A stretch of 64,000 nt of DNA from an uncultured bacterium (GTDB lineage: Bacteria; Patescibacteriota; Minisyncoccia; Phycocordibacterales; Phycocordibacteraceae). The stretch spans positions 267,766-331,765 of the forward strand of contig CALFMK010000001.1 in NCBI GenBank assembly GCA_937879955.1, in the 5' to 3' direction. Made by a program: the position numbers and the translations under genes. This document shows, piece after piece, positions 9,564 to 20,658 of this stretch. Within the stretch, counting starts at the first letter, position 1; the number at the start of each line of letters is the position of its first letter. Below the pieces are notes generated by a model that had not been told where the DNA came from, did not search any database, and saw only the letters and a program-made list of their open reading frames with translations.

Positions 9564-10034
9564 CTAGAGCGGAAGCGCGAGCCTCGTGCCTACGGACCAT
9601 CCCTGCGCCTGCGCCTCCCCCGCCCGCGCCTCGAGCACGAGCCGCACGGGCGACGGCGGGAAGAACGGCGTCGGATAAGTGGACGGCGAGACCGAGTCCT
9701 CGATGCCGACGATGGTGCCGTCGCTTGCGAGCCAGATGATGTCGATCGGCACGAGCATGTCCTTCATCCAGAAGCCGTAGGTGCCGGGCTGGTCGAAGAC
9801 GAAGAGCATCCCGTATCCGTGCGGGACGTCCGCACGGCCCGAGAGTCCCTGCTCCCTTGCTTCGGGCGACGCCACGACCTCGAAGTCGAAGGACGGCGCA
9901 TCGGTCGCCTGCGCGACCGTATGCGTCTGAGGCACGGACTCCTGCTCGCGGCCGTCGCCGACGAACGCGTACGTTACGAACCCTACGACGAGGAGCGCCA
10001 AGATGATCGAGATGATCGCGGTTCGTATTTTCAT
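9564..10034 (-). CDS. DUF192 domain protein (secreted/membrane-anchored)
   Basis: 156 aa; N-terminal TM/signal peptide, DUF192-like core (GLSGR..GMLFVF...GFWMKDMLVPIDIIWL..G.IV). Confidence 0.7.
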   Translation of the reverse strand: MKIRTAIISIILALLVVGFVTYAFVGDGREQESVPQTHTVAQATDAPSFDFEVVASPEAREQGLSGRADVPHGYGMLFVFDQPGTYGFWMKDMLVPIDIIWLASDGTIVGIEDSVSPSTYPTPFFPPSPVRLVLEARAGEAQAQGWSVGTRLALPL

Positions 10035-10061
10035 ATGACTGATGAAGTATACAAGAGCGAA

Positions 10062-10673
10062 CTACGGCGCCGCGACGATGCACCGATAGTTATGTATGAG
10101 CAGGCTCGAAGGTTCGCGCGAGCGCGTGATGCTCCGCACATCAAAGCCTGCTGTCCGTAGGAGGTCATCGATCGGGCGGTCATAATGGCAGTTGCCCGAG
10201 AGGTGCTTCGTCACCGTCGTGAACGCGGTCTGCATCGAGCGCATGAAACGGTCCGGCGATGCCCCGTGATCGAAGCAGGTAAATATTCCCTGCGGCACGA
10301 GGACGCGCCGGACCTCCTGCAGCGCCCTCGCAGGGTCCGCGACGCTGCAGAGGGACCATGTCGATACGACCGAATCCACGGAGTGGTCCGGCAGAGGGAT
10401 CTCCTCCGCGCCCGCGTTGAGGAACTCGACCGGGAACGCGAGCCCGGATGCGCGGCCCCTCGCGATATCGATGAGCTCCTTCGAAGGGTCGAGCGCGTAG
10501 AGCCGGGAGACCTTCGGATAGAACCGCAGGTTATGGCCGGAACCCGAGCCGATCTCGAGCACGATCCCTGACGCGTCGGCGAGCACCTCTCGCCGACGCG
10601 CATCGAGCTCGCCAGAGCCCATCTCGGCGTCGACGAGACGCGGGACGATCGTCCTCTCATACCAAGCAGCCAT
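10062..10673 (-). CDS. class I SAM-dependent methyltransferase
   Basis: motif I VLEIGSGSG; start trimmed to MAAWYER (ATG at 10671-10673) because the longer ORF runs across the tRNA-Ser gene and terminator. Confidence 0.75.
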   Translation of the reverse strand: MAAWYERTIVPRLVDAEMGSGELDARRREVLADASGIVLEIGSGSGHNLRFYPKVSRLYALDPSKELIDIARGRASGLAFPVEFLNAGAEEIPLPDHSVDSVVSTWSLCSVADPARALQEVRRVLVPQGIFTCFDHGASPDRFMRSMQTAFTTVTKHLSGNCHYDRPIDDLLRTAGFDVRSITRSREPSSLLIHNYRCIVAAP

Positions 10674-10690
10674 CTTCTGGATTCTAATCC

Positions 10691-10717
10691 AAAGGCCCGC
10701 GTTTTCCGCGGGCCTTT
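10691..10717. terminator. intrinsic terminator (AAAGGCCCGCG-ttttc-CGCGGGCCTTT)
   Basis: perfect 11-bp stem between tRNA-Ser and methyltransferase gene. Confidence 0.65.
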
Positions 10718-10731
10718 GTTCTGATATCGAG

Positions 10732-10816
10732 CGGAGGCGGAGAGATTCGAACTCTCGGTACCTTTCGGTACGCCACCTTTCCAAGATGGTGCACTAGACC
10801 GCTATGCGACGCCTCC
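10732..10816 (-). tRNA. tRNA-Ser (anticodon GGA), long variable arm
   Basis: reverse-strand GGAGGCGTCGCATAGCGGTCTAGTGCACCATCTTGGAAAGGTGGCGTACCGAAAGGTACCGAGAGTTCGAATCTCTCCGCCTCCG; anticodon stem CCATC/GGTGG, loop TTGGAAA. Confidence 0.8.
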
Positions 10817-10844
10817 GTGTGCGGCTGTTATACCACGGGAACCG

Positions 10845-11744
10845 CTATTTTGCCGAGCTCCCAAGGAGGGCCGCGACGCGAGCCTCCACGGGAGGGTGCG
10901 TCGCGAACAGCCGGTTCACGAACTGCCCCGCCTTGCTGCCGAACGGGTCGCCGATGAAGAGATGAGCCGTGGCGTGGTTCGCGCGGCGCATCGGGCGGCC
11001 GTCCCCGGCGATCTTCCGGAGCGCGGACGCGAGGCCTTCCGGGTAGCGCGTAAGGAGCGCACCCGACGAGTCCGCGAGGAACTCGCGGCGGCGCGAGATG
11101 GCGAGCTGGATGAGCTGGGCGGCGATCGGCGCGAGAATGATCGCGACCACCGCGAGGACCATGACGATGAGGCCGGCCTTGCTGTCGCTGTCGCGGTCCC
11201 CGCCGCCGAGGAGCGACATGCGCAGGAAGATGTCCGCGATGATGGCGACGAACCCTGCGAGCACCACCGCGACCGTCATCACGAGCATGTCCTTGTTCTG
11301 GATGTGCGAGAGCTCATGCGCGATCACGCCCTCGAGCTCGGCGCGGTCGAGGATGGCGAGGAGGCCCGTGGTCGCCGCGACCACCGCGTGCTTCTCGTCC
11401 CGGCCGGTCGCGAACGCGTTCGGCGCCGGGTCCTCGATCACGTAGAGCTTCGGCATCGGGAGCCCTGCGGTTATGGCGAGGTTCTCCGTGACGGTATAGA
11501 GGTCGAAGAACTCCTCTCTTGATGCCGGCCGCGCGCCGTTCATCGAGAGCGCGATCTTGTCGGAGAACCAGTAGCTCCCCACGTTCATGATGAGCGAGAG
11601 CGCCACCGCGCCGTACAGGATGCCGGGCGAGTCGTAATACCAGGAGATAGCCCAGCCTACGAGGACGACCACCGCGAAGAACCCGCCCATGAGGAGGTAG
11701 GTCTTGAGCACGTTTCTCGATCGCTGCTGATACAGGGTTGCCAT
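10845..11744 (-). CDS. htpX: zinc metalloprotease HtpX (M48 family)
   Basis: 299 aa, 4 TM helices, HELSH zinc motif, HtpX-like C-terminus. Confidence 0.9.
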   Translation of the reverse strand: MATLYQQRSRNVLKTYLLMGGFFAVVVLVGWAISWYYDSPGILYGAVALSLIMNVGSYWFSDKIALSMNGARPASREEFFDLYTVTENLAITAGLPMPKLYVIEDPAPNAFATGRDEKHAVVAATTGLLAILDRAELEGVIAHELSHIQNKDMLVMTVAVVLAGFVAIIADIFLRMSLLGGGDRDSDSKAGLIVMVLAVVAIILAPIAAQLIQLAISRRREFLADSSGALLTRYPEGLASALRKIAGDGRPMRRANHATAHLFIGDPFGSKAGQFVNRLFATHPPVEARVAALLGSSAK

Positions 11745-11798
11745 GGCGTTCTTCCTATATAAGACGGGTAGATGACCGGAACATGTCCGGCAAGGGCG

Positions 11799-12359
11799 CT
11801 AGAAGGAGACCTTCACCGGCTCCTTGGCGGCCTGCTCGCCTTCTGAAAGCTCGAAGAGATCCATCTGCGTGAAGCCGAACGGCGCGGCGATCACGTTGCC
11901 CGGGAACTGCTCCACGGCCGTGTTGAGGGCCTGGACGTTCGTGTTGTAGAAGCGGCGGGACGCCATGATCTTGTTCTCGGTGTCCGCGAGCTCGCGCTGG
12001 AGCTCGAGGAAGTTCGCGTTGGCCTTGAGGTCGGGATAGGCCTCGGAGACCGCGAAGAGCGACTTGAGCGCGCCCGAGAGCATGTTCTCCGCTTCCGCGT
12101 GCTGCTCGATCGTCTGTGCGCCCATGGCCGCCGTGCGGGCCTCCGTCACCTTCTCGAGCGTGCCGCTCTCATGCGCGGCGTATCCCTTCACCGTCTCCAC
12201 GAGGTTCGGGATGAGGTCATAGCGGCGCTTCATCTGCACCTCGATGTCGGACCAGGCCTCCTTCGCGCGATTGCGGAGCGAGACGAATCCGTTGTAAGCG
12301 AACACGACCCAGAGCACGACGAGGGCCACGATGCCGAGCACGATGTAAAGGGTAGTCAT
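11799..12359 (-). CDS. LemA family protein
   Basis: single N-terminal TM followed by LemA-like domain; start chosen at MTTLYIVLG (TACAAT -10 box 8 nt upstream, no SD: likely leaderless). Confidence 0.8.
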   Translation of the reverse strand: MTTLYIVLGIVALVVLWVVFAYNGFVSLRNRAKEAWSDIEVQMKRRYDLIPNLVETVKGYAAHESGTLEKVTEARTAAMGAQTIEQHAEAENMLSGALKSLFAVSEAYPDLKANANFLELQRELADTENKIMASRRFYNTNVQALNTAVEQFPGNVIAAPFGFTQMDLFELSEGEQAAKEPVKVSF

Positions 12360-12474
12360 ATGCAGATATTGTATGACGCCTGCGGGGGTGCGCAAGCGAT
12401 TGCTTCACGGAAGCCTCAGGAGTACTGTTTTCTAAGAACGGCCGCAGAGCCGCGTCAGATTGGAGGAAACCGCC

Positions 12475-12654
12475 ATGTATAAGTACCTTGCGAAGGACTT
12501 CGAGGGCTTTTCTCTCGAGAACGTCTGGGCGATGGTGCGGCCATACGCTGGAGAAGCGCTCGTCGTGCTCATCGTCGCCGTCATCGTCGCCGTGCTGATC
12601 GTCGTGAGCCTGCAGACGAACGACCCGGTCTCCAGGGACAACCGCGCCCGCTGA
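12475..12654 (+). CDS. small membrane protein (hypothetical, 59 aa)
   Basis: GGAGG 8 nt upstream of ATG, hydrophobic helix LVVLIVAVIVAVLIVV, followed by intrinsic terminator. Confidence 0.45.
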   Translation: MYKYLAKDFEGFSLENVWAMVRPYAGEALVVLIVAVIVAVLIVVSLQTNDPVSRDNRAR

Positions 12655-12663
12655 GACGAAAGA

Positions 12664-12696
12664 CGCCGCCGACCTCCCGGTCGACGGCGTTTTCCT
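12664..12696. terminator. intrinsic terminator shared by small + gene and groEL (-)
   Basis: CGCCGCCGACC-tccc-GGTCGACGGCG followed by TTTTCCTCTTT. Confidence 0.6.
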
Positions 12697-12711
12697 CTTT
12701 AGGGCGACGGC

Positions 12712-14702
<1,991 letters not shown>

Positions 14703-14880
14703 AGGAAAATAATTCGCGATTGCGGTTTATAAGGAATGACACTGCCCTGTCGTTCGGCCCGATTCCCCTGTCTGAGTTATCCACAGGTCGGGTCCGTGCA
14801 TTGATTTTATAGATTCCGCAGGACACCGCAACGGCCGTAGCCGGGCCGCCCCTCAGAGGCATGCTGCCCATTCCTAATAC

Positions 14881-14914
14881 TTGACATGTATATGTATATA
14901 TGCTATATATACAT
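14881..14914 (+). promoter_or_regulatory. sigma70-like promoter (TTGACA-17-TATATA) overlapping a perfect AT-rich 11-bp inverted repeat (TATGTATATAT-gc-TATATATACATA) in the groES upstream/divergent region
   Basis: read directly; the only AT-rich stretch in a ~68% GC region; lies ~180 nt upstream of groES start on the opposite strand and ~40 nt upstream of the 14951 ORF. Confidence 0.4.
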
Positions 14915-14950
14915 ATAGAAAGAAACCGGCTTATGGGGAGAACCAAGCCA

Positions 14951-15231
14951 TGCTGAACCTTGACCTGCAGACCATCCTGATCGCCATCCTGTTCATCGTG
15001 GGCGCCAGCACCTCGCTCTTCGCGGTCATCCGCTGGACCGCCGCCCTGGACCTGATAGCCGCCTACGCCCTGGTCGGCCTGATCATGGCCTTCCTGGTCG
15101 CTGCGTGCATCCACGAGGGCCGGCCGGGCATGGCCGCGTTCCTCACGGCCGGCTACCTGCTGAGCAGCCTGGTGCTCACTTGGGACTATGCCCGCGAGCA
15201 CGCGCGCCGCCGCCTGGCCCTGGCCGCCTAA
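14951..15231 (+). CDS. small membrane protein (hypothetical, 93 aa, 3 TM)
   Basis: GGGGAG 6-7 nt upstream of ATG at 14951; longer ORF from 14881 would start inside the promoter/palindrome. Confidence 0.45.
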
Positions 15232-15319
15232 CCGTATCGGCAATAGCCGATACCAGCCCCCGGAACCTAGAGTTCCGGGGGCTTTTCATATAGAGGAGAT
15301 TTCCTGCCAGCAAAGGGTT

Positions 15320-15348
15320 TTGCCTTTCCTTCCCCTTTTTGGTAGTAT
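15320..15348 (+). promoter_or_regulatory. sigma70-type promoter for secG (TTGCCT-17 nt-TAGTAT), predicted TSS ~4-5 nt before ATG
   Basis: hexamers and 17-nt spacing read from sequence; no SD before ATG at 15360. Confidence 0.4.
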
Positions 15349-15359
15349 GCGGGGCACAG

Positions 15360-15590
15360 ATGGAGACTCTTTCGGCAGCACTGCCCTACATCCAGATAGC
15401 CCTCTCCCTACTCCTCATCGTAGGTATCGTCCTGCAGAACCGCGGGGCGTCCCTCGGCGGAGCCTTCGGAGGCGATAACTTCGCGTCTACCTTCTACAAG
15501 CGCCGCGGCGCCGAGAAGTTCCTGTTCGACGCGACGATCGTGATCGCTATCCTCTTCGTAGCGTCAGCGGTCGCCGGCATCTTCTACTAA
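15360..15590 (+). CDS. secG: preprotein translocase subunit SecG
   Basis: 76 aa; ..IALSLLLIVGIVLQNRGASLGGAFGG..FASTFYKRRGAEKFL..ATIVIAILF matches SecG pattern; upstream part of the tracked ORF would precede the promoter. Confidence 0.75.
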   Translation: METLSAALPYIQIALSLLLIVGIVLQNRGASLGGAFGGDNFASTFYKRRGAEKFLFDATIVIAILFVASAVAGIFY

Positions 15591-15638
15591 GGGCTCGCGC
15601 GTCGCGCGTCATCTGTATTCCCTATACACCCGTCGCCT

Positions 15639-17342
15639 ATGCGACCCTCTCCCCTCTTTTCTTCATACGCTGACTCTCCGCTCTCGCGGGCGACCTCGTT
15701 CGTACGCAAGCTCTCTCCGGGCGACCGCTTCATTGCGGGCGTACTCAGCCTCTTCGTGCTCGGCACGCTCGTCGCGGGACTCATCGCGCTCGAGCGGACG
15801 TTCCTCGTGACGATCCCTGCCGACGGCGGCAGCCTCACCGAGGGCATCGTCGGGAAGCCGCGCTTCGTGAACCCGCTGCTCGCGCTCACCGACGCGGACC
15901 GCGATCTCGCCGCGCTCACCTACGCGGGACTCATGGGCATCGACGGCGACGGCAACCTCACGCCGGTACTCGCCGAAAGCTATAGCGTCTCTGACGACGG
16001 GACGGTATATACGTTCATCCTGCGCGCAGGCGCGGCGTTCTCGGACGGCACGCCCGTCACCGCGGACGACGTGGTCTTCACCGTCGAGAAGGCGCAGGAC
16101 CCGGCGCTCCGTTCCCCGGAGCTCGCGAACTGGGCGAACATCCGTGCCGAGACTATCGACAGCCGAACGGTCTCGTTCACGCTCCCGAAGCCGTACGCGC
16201 CGTTCCTCGCGGACACCACGCTCGGCATCCTCCCTGCCAACAAGTGGCGGAACGTGCCGGTGGACGAGTTCTCGTTCTCGCCGCTCATGATAGAGCCCGT
16301 GGGCGCCGGACCCTTCACGGTCACGCGCGTCGAGCGCGACAAGGACGGCAGCGTGACCGCCTACGACCTCAAGGCCTCGGAGCGGTACGCCCTCGGCCGT
16401 CCGCATCTCGACCGCATCCGCATCCGCTTCTATGACGACGTATCGGCGCTCGCCGACGCGTACGAGCGCGGCAAGGTCGAGAGCGCGTACGGCATCCCGG
16501 TAGAGGGCGCGCTCAAGGCGCCGTATTCCCGCGTCTTCGGCGCGTTCTTCAACGGCGACGTGAACCCGGTCTTCGCCCATGCGGAGGTGCGCGAGGCGCT
16601 CTCGCTTGCGGTTGACCGTGACCGCATCGTGAACCAGGTGCTCGGCGGGTACGCGACGCCGCTCACGGGACCGGTGCCGCCTGGCTCCGGCATCGAGGAG
16701 CCTGTGCTCCCTGAGGGCGACGGCGTCGCGCTCGCGACCGAGGTGCTCGAGGACGCGGGCTGGAGCCGCGACGAGGAGACGGGCGCCTGGGAGAACGCGG
16801 GCGAGAAGCTGCAGCTTTCGTCCGTGACGCTCAAGACCTCGAACGTCGCGGAGCTGAAGGCGATCGCCGCGTCGATCGAGAGCGACTGGGAGCGCCTCGG
16901 CGTCCCTACCGAGGTGGAGCTGTACGAGCCGGGCGACCTCGCGTCGTCGGTGATACGCCCGCGCGCGTACGAGGTGCTCCTCTTCGGCATGGTGATCGGC
17001 CGGGACCGCGACCTGTTCGCGTTCTGGGACTCCGGCGAGCGCAGCGATCCGGGCCTCAACATCGCCGGCTACGCGAACCGGGCCGTGGACCAGCTCCTCG
17101 AGCGGGTACGCCAGGAGCGCGACCAGGCGGCAGCGCACGAGGACCTGCAGGAGCTCTCGACGCTCATCGCGAACGATTATCCGGCTGCCTTTACGCACGC
17201 ACCGGACTTCCTGTATGCTATCCCTAACAGCGTTCACGGCGTACGCCTCCCCCAGATAGCATCGCCTTCGGACAGGTATGCGACCGTAGCGCAGTGGTAT
17301 AGGAACACGGAAGAAGTGTGGCCCGTATTCGCCCCTCAGTGA
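15639..17342 (+). CDS. ABC transporter substrate-binding protein, family 5 (oligopeptide/nickel-type)
   Basis: 567 aa; N-terminal membrane anchor, SBP_bac_5-like core (..GGSLTEGIVGKPRFVNPL..). Confidence 0.75.
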   Translation: MRPSPLFSSYADSPLSRATSFVRKLSPGDRFIAGVLSLFVLGTLVAGLIALERTFLVTIPADGGSLTEGIVGKPRFVNPLLALTDADRDLAALTYAGLMGIDGDGNLTPVLAESYSVSDDGTVYTFILRAGAAFSDGTPVTADDVVFTVEKAQDPALRSPELANWANIRAETIDSRTVSFTLPKPYAPFLADTTLGILPANKWRNVPVDEFSFSPLMIEPVGAGPFTVTRVERDKDGSVTAYDLKASERYALGRPHLDRIRIRFYDDVSALADAYERGKVESAYGIPVEGALKAPYSRVFGAFFNGDVNPVFAHAEVREALSLAVDRDRIVNQVLGGYATPLTGPVPPGSGIEEPVLPEGDGVALATEVLEDAGWSRDEETGAWENAGEKLQLSSVTLKTSNVAELKAIAASIESDWERLGVPTEVELYEPGDLASSVIRPRAYEVLLFGMVIGRDRDLFAFWDSGERSDPGLNIAGYANRAVDQLLERVRQERDQAAAHEDLQELSTLIANDYPAAFTHAPDFLYAIPNSVHGVRLPQIASPSDRYATVAQWYRNTEEVWPVFAPQ

Positions 17343-17446
17343 TCAGTCGATAGCCCAGAGATCACGGTCTCCTGGCTGCCTAGTGCGCACTGAACCATTT
17401 ACGACATCGTGCGACCGAATTTATCTAGCACCTAACTACTATCATC

Positions 17447-19381
17447 ATGTCAGCAGCACCAGCGCCGGCCCCTGCGCCGAGCCCACGTTCCCAGAAGCCT
17501 GAAGCAAGCGCTCCCTCGCCCCGTTCCGGCGCCCCCCGCGAAGGCGGACGCACGCGCAGCCGCGGCTCTCGCGGCGGACGCGGCAACCGCGGAGGCGCAG
17601 GACGCTCCCAGGGCCGCGGCGGACGCCCTGATTCGCGCCCAATGAACGCGTCCGGCGAGGGCATGCCAGCCAAGCGCGCGCCCGAGTACCTCCCGGCGGC
17701 TCCCGGCAAGGACGTCGTCCGCATCGTGCCGCTCGGCGGCGTCGAGGAGGTGGGACGCAACATGTTCACCGTCGAGACCAACGGCGACATCTTCGTCTTT
17801 GACGTCGGTTTCCAGTTCGTGTCCGAGGACACGCAGCCGGGCGTCGACTACGTCCTCCCGAACACCAAGTACCTCGAGGTGAACAAGGACCGCATCCGCG
17901 GCATCTTCATCACGCACGGCCACCTCGACCACATCGGCGGCATCCCGTTCCTCATGGAGCGCATGGGCAATCCTCCTATCTATACCCAGAACCTCTCCGC
18001 GGTGATGATCAAGAAGCGCCAGGAGGAGTATCCTGACCAGCCCGAGCTCAACGTCGTGACCGTCGACCCGAGCTCGACCATGACCATCGGCTCGACCAAG
18101 GTGCAGTTCTTCCCGGTGACCCACTCGATCCCGGACTCCATGGGCATCGCGATAGAGACCCCGTACGGAAACGTCATCGCCACCGGAGACTTGAAGCTCG
18201 ACCACGAGAACGGCATCCCGACGGAGGCCGAGCAGAAGAAGTGGGGCGCGATCGGCGCGCAGAAGAACCTCTTCTTCATCGCCGACTCCACGAACGCGGA
18301 GCGCGACGGATTCTCCGTCCCTGAGCGCAAGGTGCACGAGACCCTCGAGGACATCATCAAGACCGTGAAGGGCCGCCTCATCATCGGCACCTTCGCCTCG
18401 CAGTTCGAGCGCATGGTCCGCATCATCGAGATCTCCGAGTCCCTCGGCAAGAAGATTGTCACGGAAGGACGCTCGATCAAGACGAATCTCGAGATCGCGC
18501 AGAAGACCGGCCTCCTCAAGGTGAAGAAGGATACGATCATAACGGCCGCAGAGATCGGGGACTACTCGCCGGACAAGATCGTGATCCTCTCGACCGGCGC
18601 CCAGGGTGAGGAGTTCGCGGCGCTCATGCGCATCGCGACCAAGCAGCACAAGTCGATCACGCTCAACGCGCGCGATACCGTGGTGCTCTCGTCCTCGGTC
18701 ATCCCAGGCAACGAGATCGCCGTCCAGCGCCTGAAGGATAACCTGTACCGCAACGGCGTCTCGCTCATCCACTACCGTTCCTCGGACGTGCATTCCACGG
18801 GTCACGGCAACACCGGCGAGCTCATCTGGATCAACCAGAAGGTCAACGCGAAGTTCTTCATGCCGGCGTACGGCTACTACTCGATGACCGCCTCCCACGC
18901 GAAGGCTGTCGAGCAGGCAGGACGCCCGCGCGAATCCATCGTCATCGCGGATAACGGCACCGTCATCGACATCGTCGACGAGGGCACCCGCATGGAGATC
19001 CACAAGCAGAAGGTCCCGTCCGCGCCGCTCGTGGTTGACGGCTTCTCGATCGGCGACATGCAGGAGGTGGTCATCCGCGACCGCCAGATGCTCGCGAAGG
19101 ACGGCATGTTCGTCATCATCGCGACCGTCAACCTGAAGACCGGAAAGCTCCGTAAGTCCCCGGACATCATCTCTCGCGGCTTCGTGTACCTCCGCGAGAA
19201 CCAGGACATGCTCAACCAGGCGCGTCTCCTCATCAAGAAGACCGTGGAGGACGCTACCGAGGGCATGAACCCGGTGGACCTCGACTTCGTGAAGAACGCG
19301 CTCTCGGACACCATGGCCGGATACCTCTTCACGCGCACCAACAAGGCGCCGATGGTCATCCCGGTGCTCATCGGGGTCTAA
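17447..19381 (+). CDS. rnj: ribonuclease J (metallo-beta-lactamase/beta-CASP) with RG/RS-rich disordered N-terminal extension
   Basis: HGHLDHIGG motif, beta-CASP and C-terminal domain; first ~100 aa low-complexity PA/RG-rich. Confidence 0.88.
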   Translation: MSAAPAPAPAPSPRSQKPEASAPSPRSGAPREGGRTRSRGSRGGRGNRGGAGRSQGRGGRPDSRPMNASGEGMPAKRAPEYLPAAPGKDVVRIVPLGGVEEVGRNMFTVETNGDIFVFDVGFQFVSEDTQPGVDYVLPNTKYLEVNKDRIRGIFITHGHLDHIGGIPFLMERMGNPPIYTQNLSAVMIKKRQEEYPDQPELNVVTVDPSSTMTIGSTKVQFFPVTHSIPDSMGIAIETPYGNVIATGDLKLDHENGIPTEAEQKKWGAIGAQKNLFFIADSTNAERDGFSVPERKVHETLEDIIKTVKGRLIIGTFASQFERMVRIIEISESLGKKIVTEGRSIKTNLEIAQKTGLLKVKKDTIITAAEIGDYSPDKIVILSTGAQGEEFAALMRIATKQHKSITLNARDTVVLSSSVIPGNEIAVQRLKDNLYRNGVSLIHYRSSDVHSTGHGNTGELIWINQKVNAKFFMPAYGYYSMTASHAKAVEQAGRPRESIVIADNGTVIDIVDEGTRMEIHKQKVPSAPLVVDGFSIGDMQEVVIRDRQMLAKDGMFVIIATVNLKTGKLRKSPDIISRGFVYLRENQDMLNQARLLIKKTVEDATEGMNPVDLDFVKNALSDTMAGYLFTRTNKAPMVIPVLIGV

Positions 19382-19433
19382 CGACACGGATCGTTCGAGA
19401 AAATCCCGTCACTTTTGTGACGGGATTTTCCTT

Positions 19434-20621
19434 TTGTCGCATGAAGGAATGCTAAACTGGTTCGTAATGCATCCGCGCCTCGTCCTTTCCTTCGCGAACT
19501 TCTTCGGAGCCGCGCACTTCTTCCTGATCATCTACGTGATCGCGCCGTACCTCGCGCTCTTCATGCCCGAGAGCCAGACGGGGCTCGTCGTATCCTTCGG
19601 CGCGATCCTCACGCTCCTCGCCTTCCCGTTCATGCCCCGCCTCGTGAAGCGGCATGGCGCGAAGCATCTCGCCATCGCGCTCGCGTTCCTGCAGGGCGTA
19701 TCGATATACGTACTAACCTTCTCGCCGAGCGCGATCTTCGCCGTGCTCTGCGTCGCGATCGCCTGCGCGCTCTCCCCGCTCATCGCGTACCAGCTCGACC
19801 TCCTGCTCGAGGCGGCGACCAACGAGGAGGGGTCCACGGGACGCATACGCACCCTCTTCCTCACGGCAGGCAACGCGGCGCTCATATTCACGCCCCTCAT
19901 CATCGGGTATCTCCTCGACGGCACCGAGGCCTATGCGCGCATCTTCCTCGCCGCATCCCTCTCCCTCATGCCGTTCATCGTCCTGCTCATGTTCGAGCGC
20001 CTCCCTGAGGGAGAGCCGCCGAGCCTGACCGGCGTACGGTCCACCTGCTTCTGCCTCTGGCGGGATCCTGACCTGCGCGCTGCCGCCTTCGGGAACGGCG
20101 TCCTCCAGTTCTTCTATCATCTCGCGCCGCTCTACATACCCCTCTACCTGCATACGGCGCTCGGCTTCGCCTGGAGCGACCTGGGCTGGGTCTTCGCCGT
20201 CATGCTGCTGCCGTTCGTGTTCGTGGAGTATCCGGCAGGCGTGATTGCGGACCGCTGGCTCGGCGACAAGGAGCTCATGATTGCTGGCTTCGTTATAACC
20301 GGGCTCGCGTTCGGGTCCATCGCGTTCATAACGTCGAGCACGCCGCTCATTGTTGTCGCACTTATCCTGTTTGTTTCCCGCATCGGTGCGGCGCTCTCTG
20401 AGGCCATGATCGAGGGGCACTTCTTCAGGCGTGTCTCTGAAAAGGACGCGAATACCATCTCAGTCTTCCGCATGATGCGCCCGGTTGGGGCGCTCGTGGC
20501 GCCGGTCTTCGCGAGCGTACTGCTCGTCGCAGGAAACTACACCGGATTCTTCCAGGTATCAGGCGCACTTGTGGTTGCGCTCGGGATTCTCGTTACGATC
20601 CCGCTTAAGGATGTACGCTGA
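19434..20621 (+). CDS. MFS transporter
   Basis: 395 aa, 12 predicted TM helices, MFS-like loop motifs. Confidence 0.75.
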   Translation: MSHEGMLNWFVMHPRLVLSFANFFGAAHFFLIIYVIAPYLALFMPESQTGLVVSFGAILTLLAFPFMPRLVKRHGAKHLAIALAFLQGVSIYVLTFSPSAIFAVLCVAIACALSPLIAYQLDLLLEAATNEEGSTGRIRTLFLTAGNAALIFTPLIIGYLLDGTEAYARIFLAASLSLMPFIVLLMFERLPEGEPPSLTGVRSTCFCLWRDPDLRAAAFGNGVLQFFYHLAPLYIPLYLHTALGFAWSDLGWVFAVMLLPFVFVEYPAGVIADRWLGDKELMIAGFVITGLAFGSIAFITSSTPLIVVALILFVSRIGAALSEAMIEGHFFRRVSEKDANTISVFRMMRPVGALVAPVFASVLLVAGNYTGFFQVSGALVVALGILVTIPLKDVR

Positions 20622-20658
20622 AGATTAGAGATAACTTGTGCCAAGTAACCTCTAATGC

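Noticed and set aside
10062-10784. N-terminal extension of the methyltransferase ORF
   Set aside because: The extension runs through the tRNA-Ser gene and an intrinsic terminator on the same strand, so the start was moved to the internal ATG at 10673.
14703-14950. CIRCE (HrcA operator) or HAIR (HspR) elements upstream of groESL
   Set aside because: Searched by eye for TTAGCACTC/GAGTGCTAA and CTTGAGT/ACTCAAG and found neither. Only unrelated palindromes are present.
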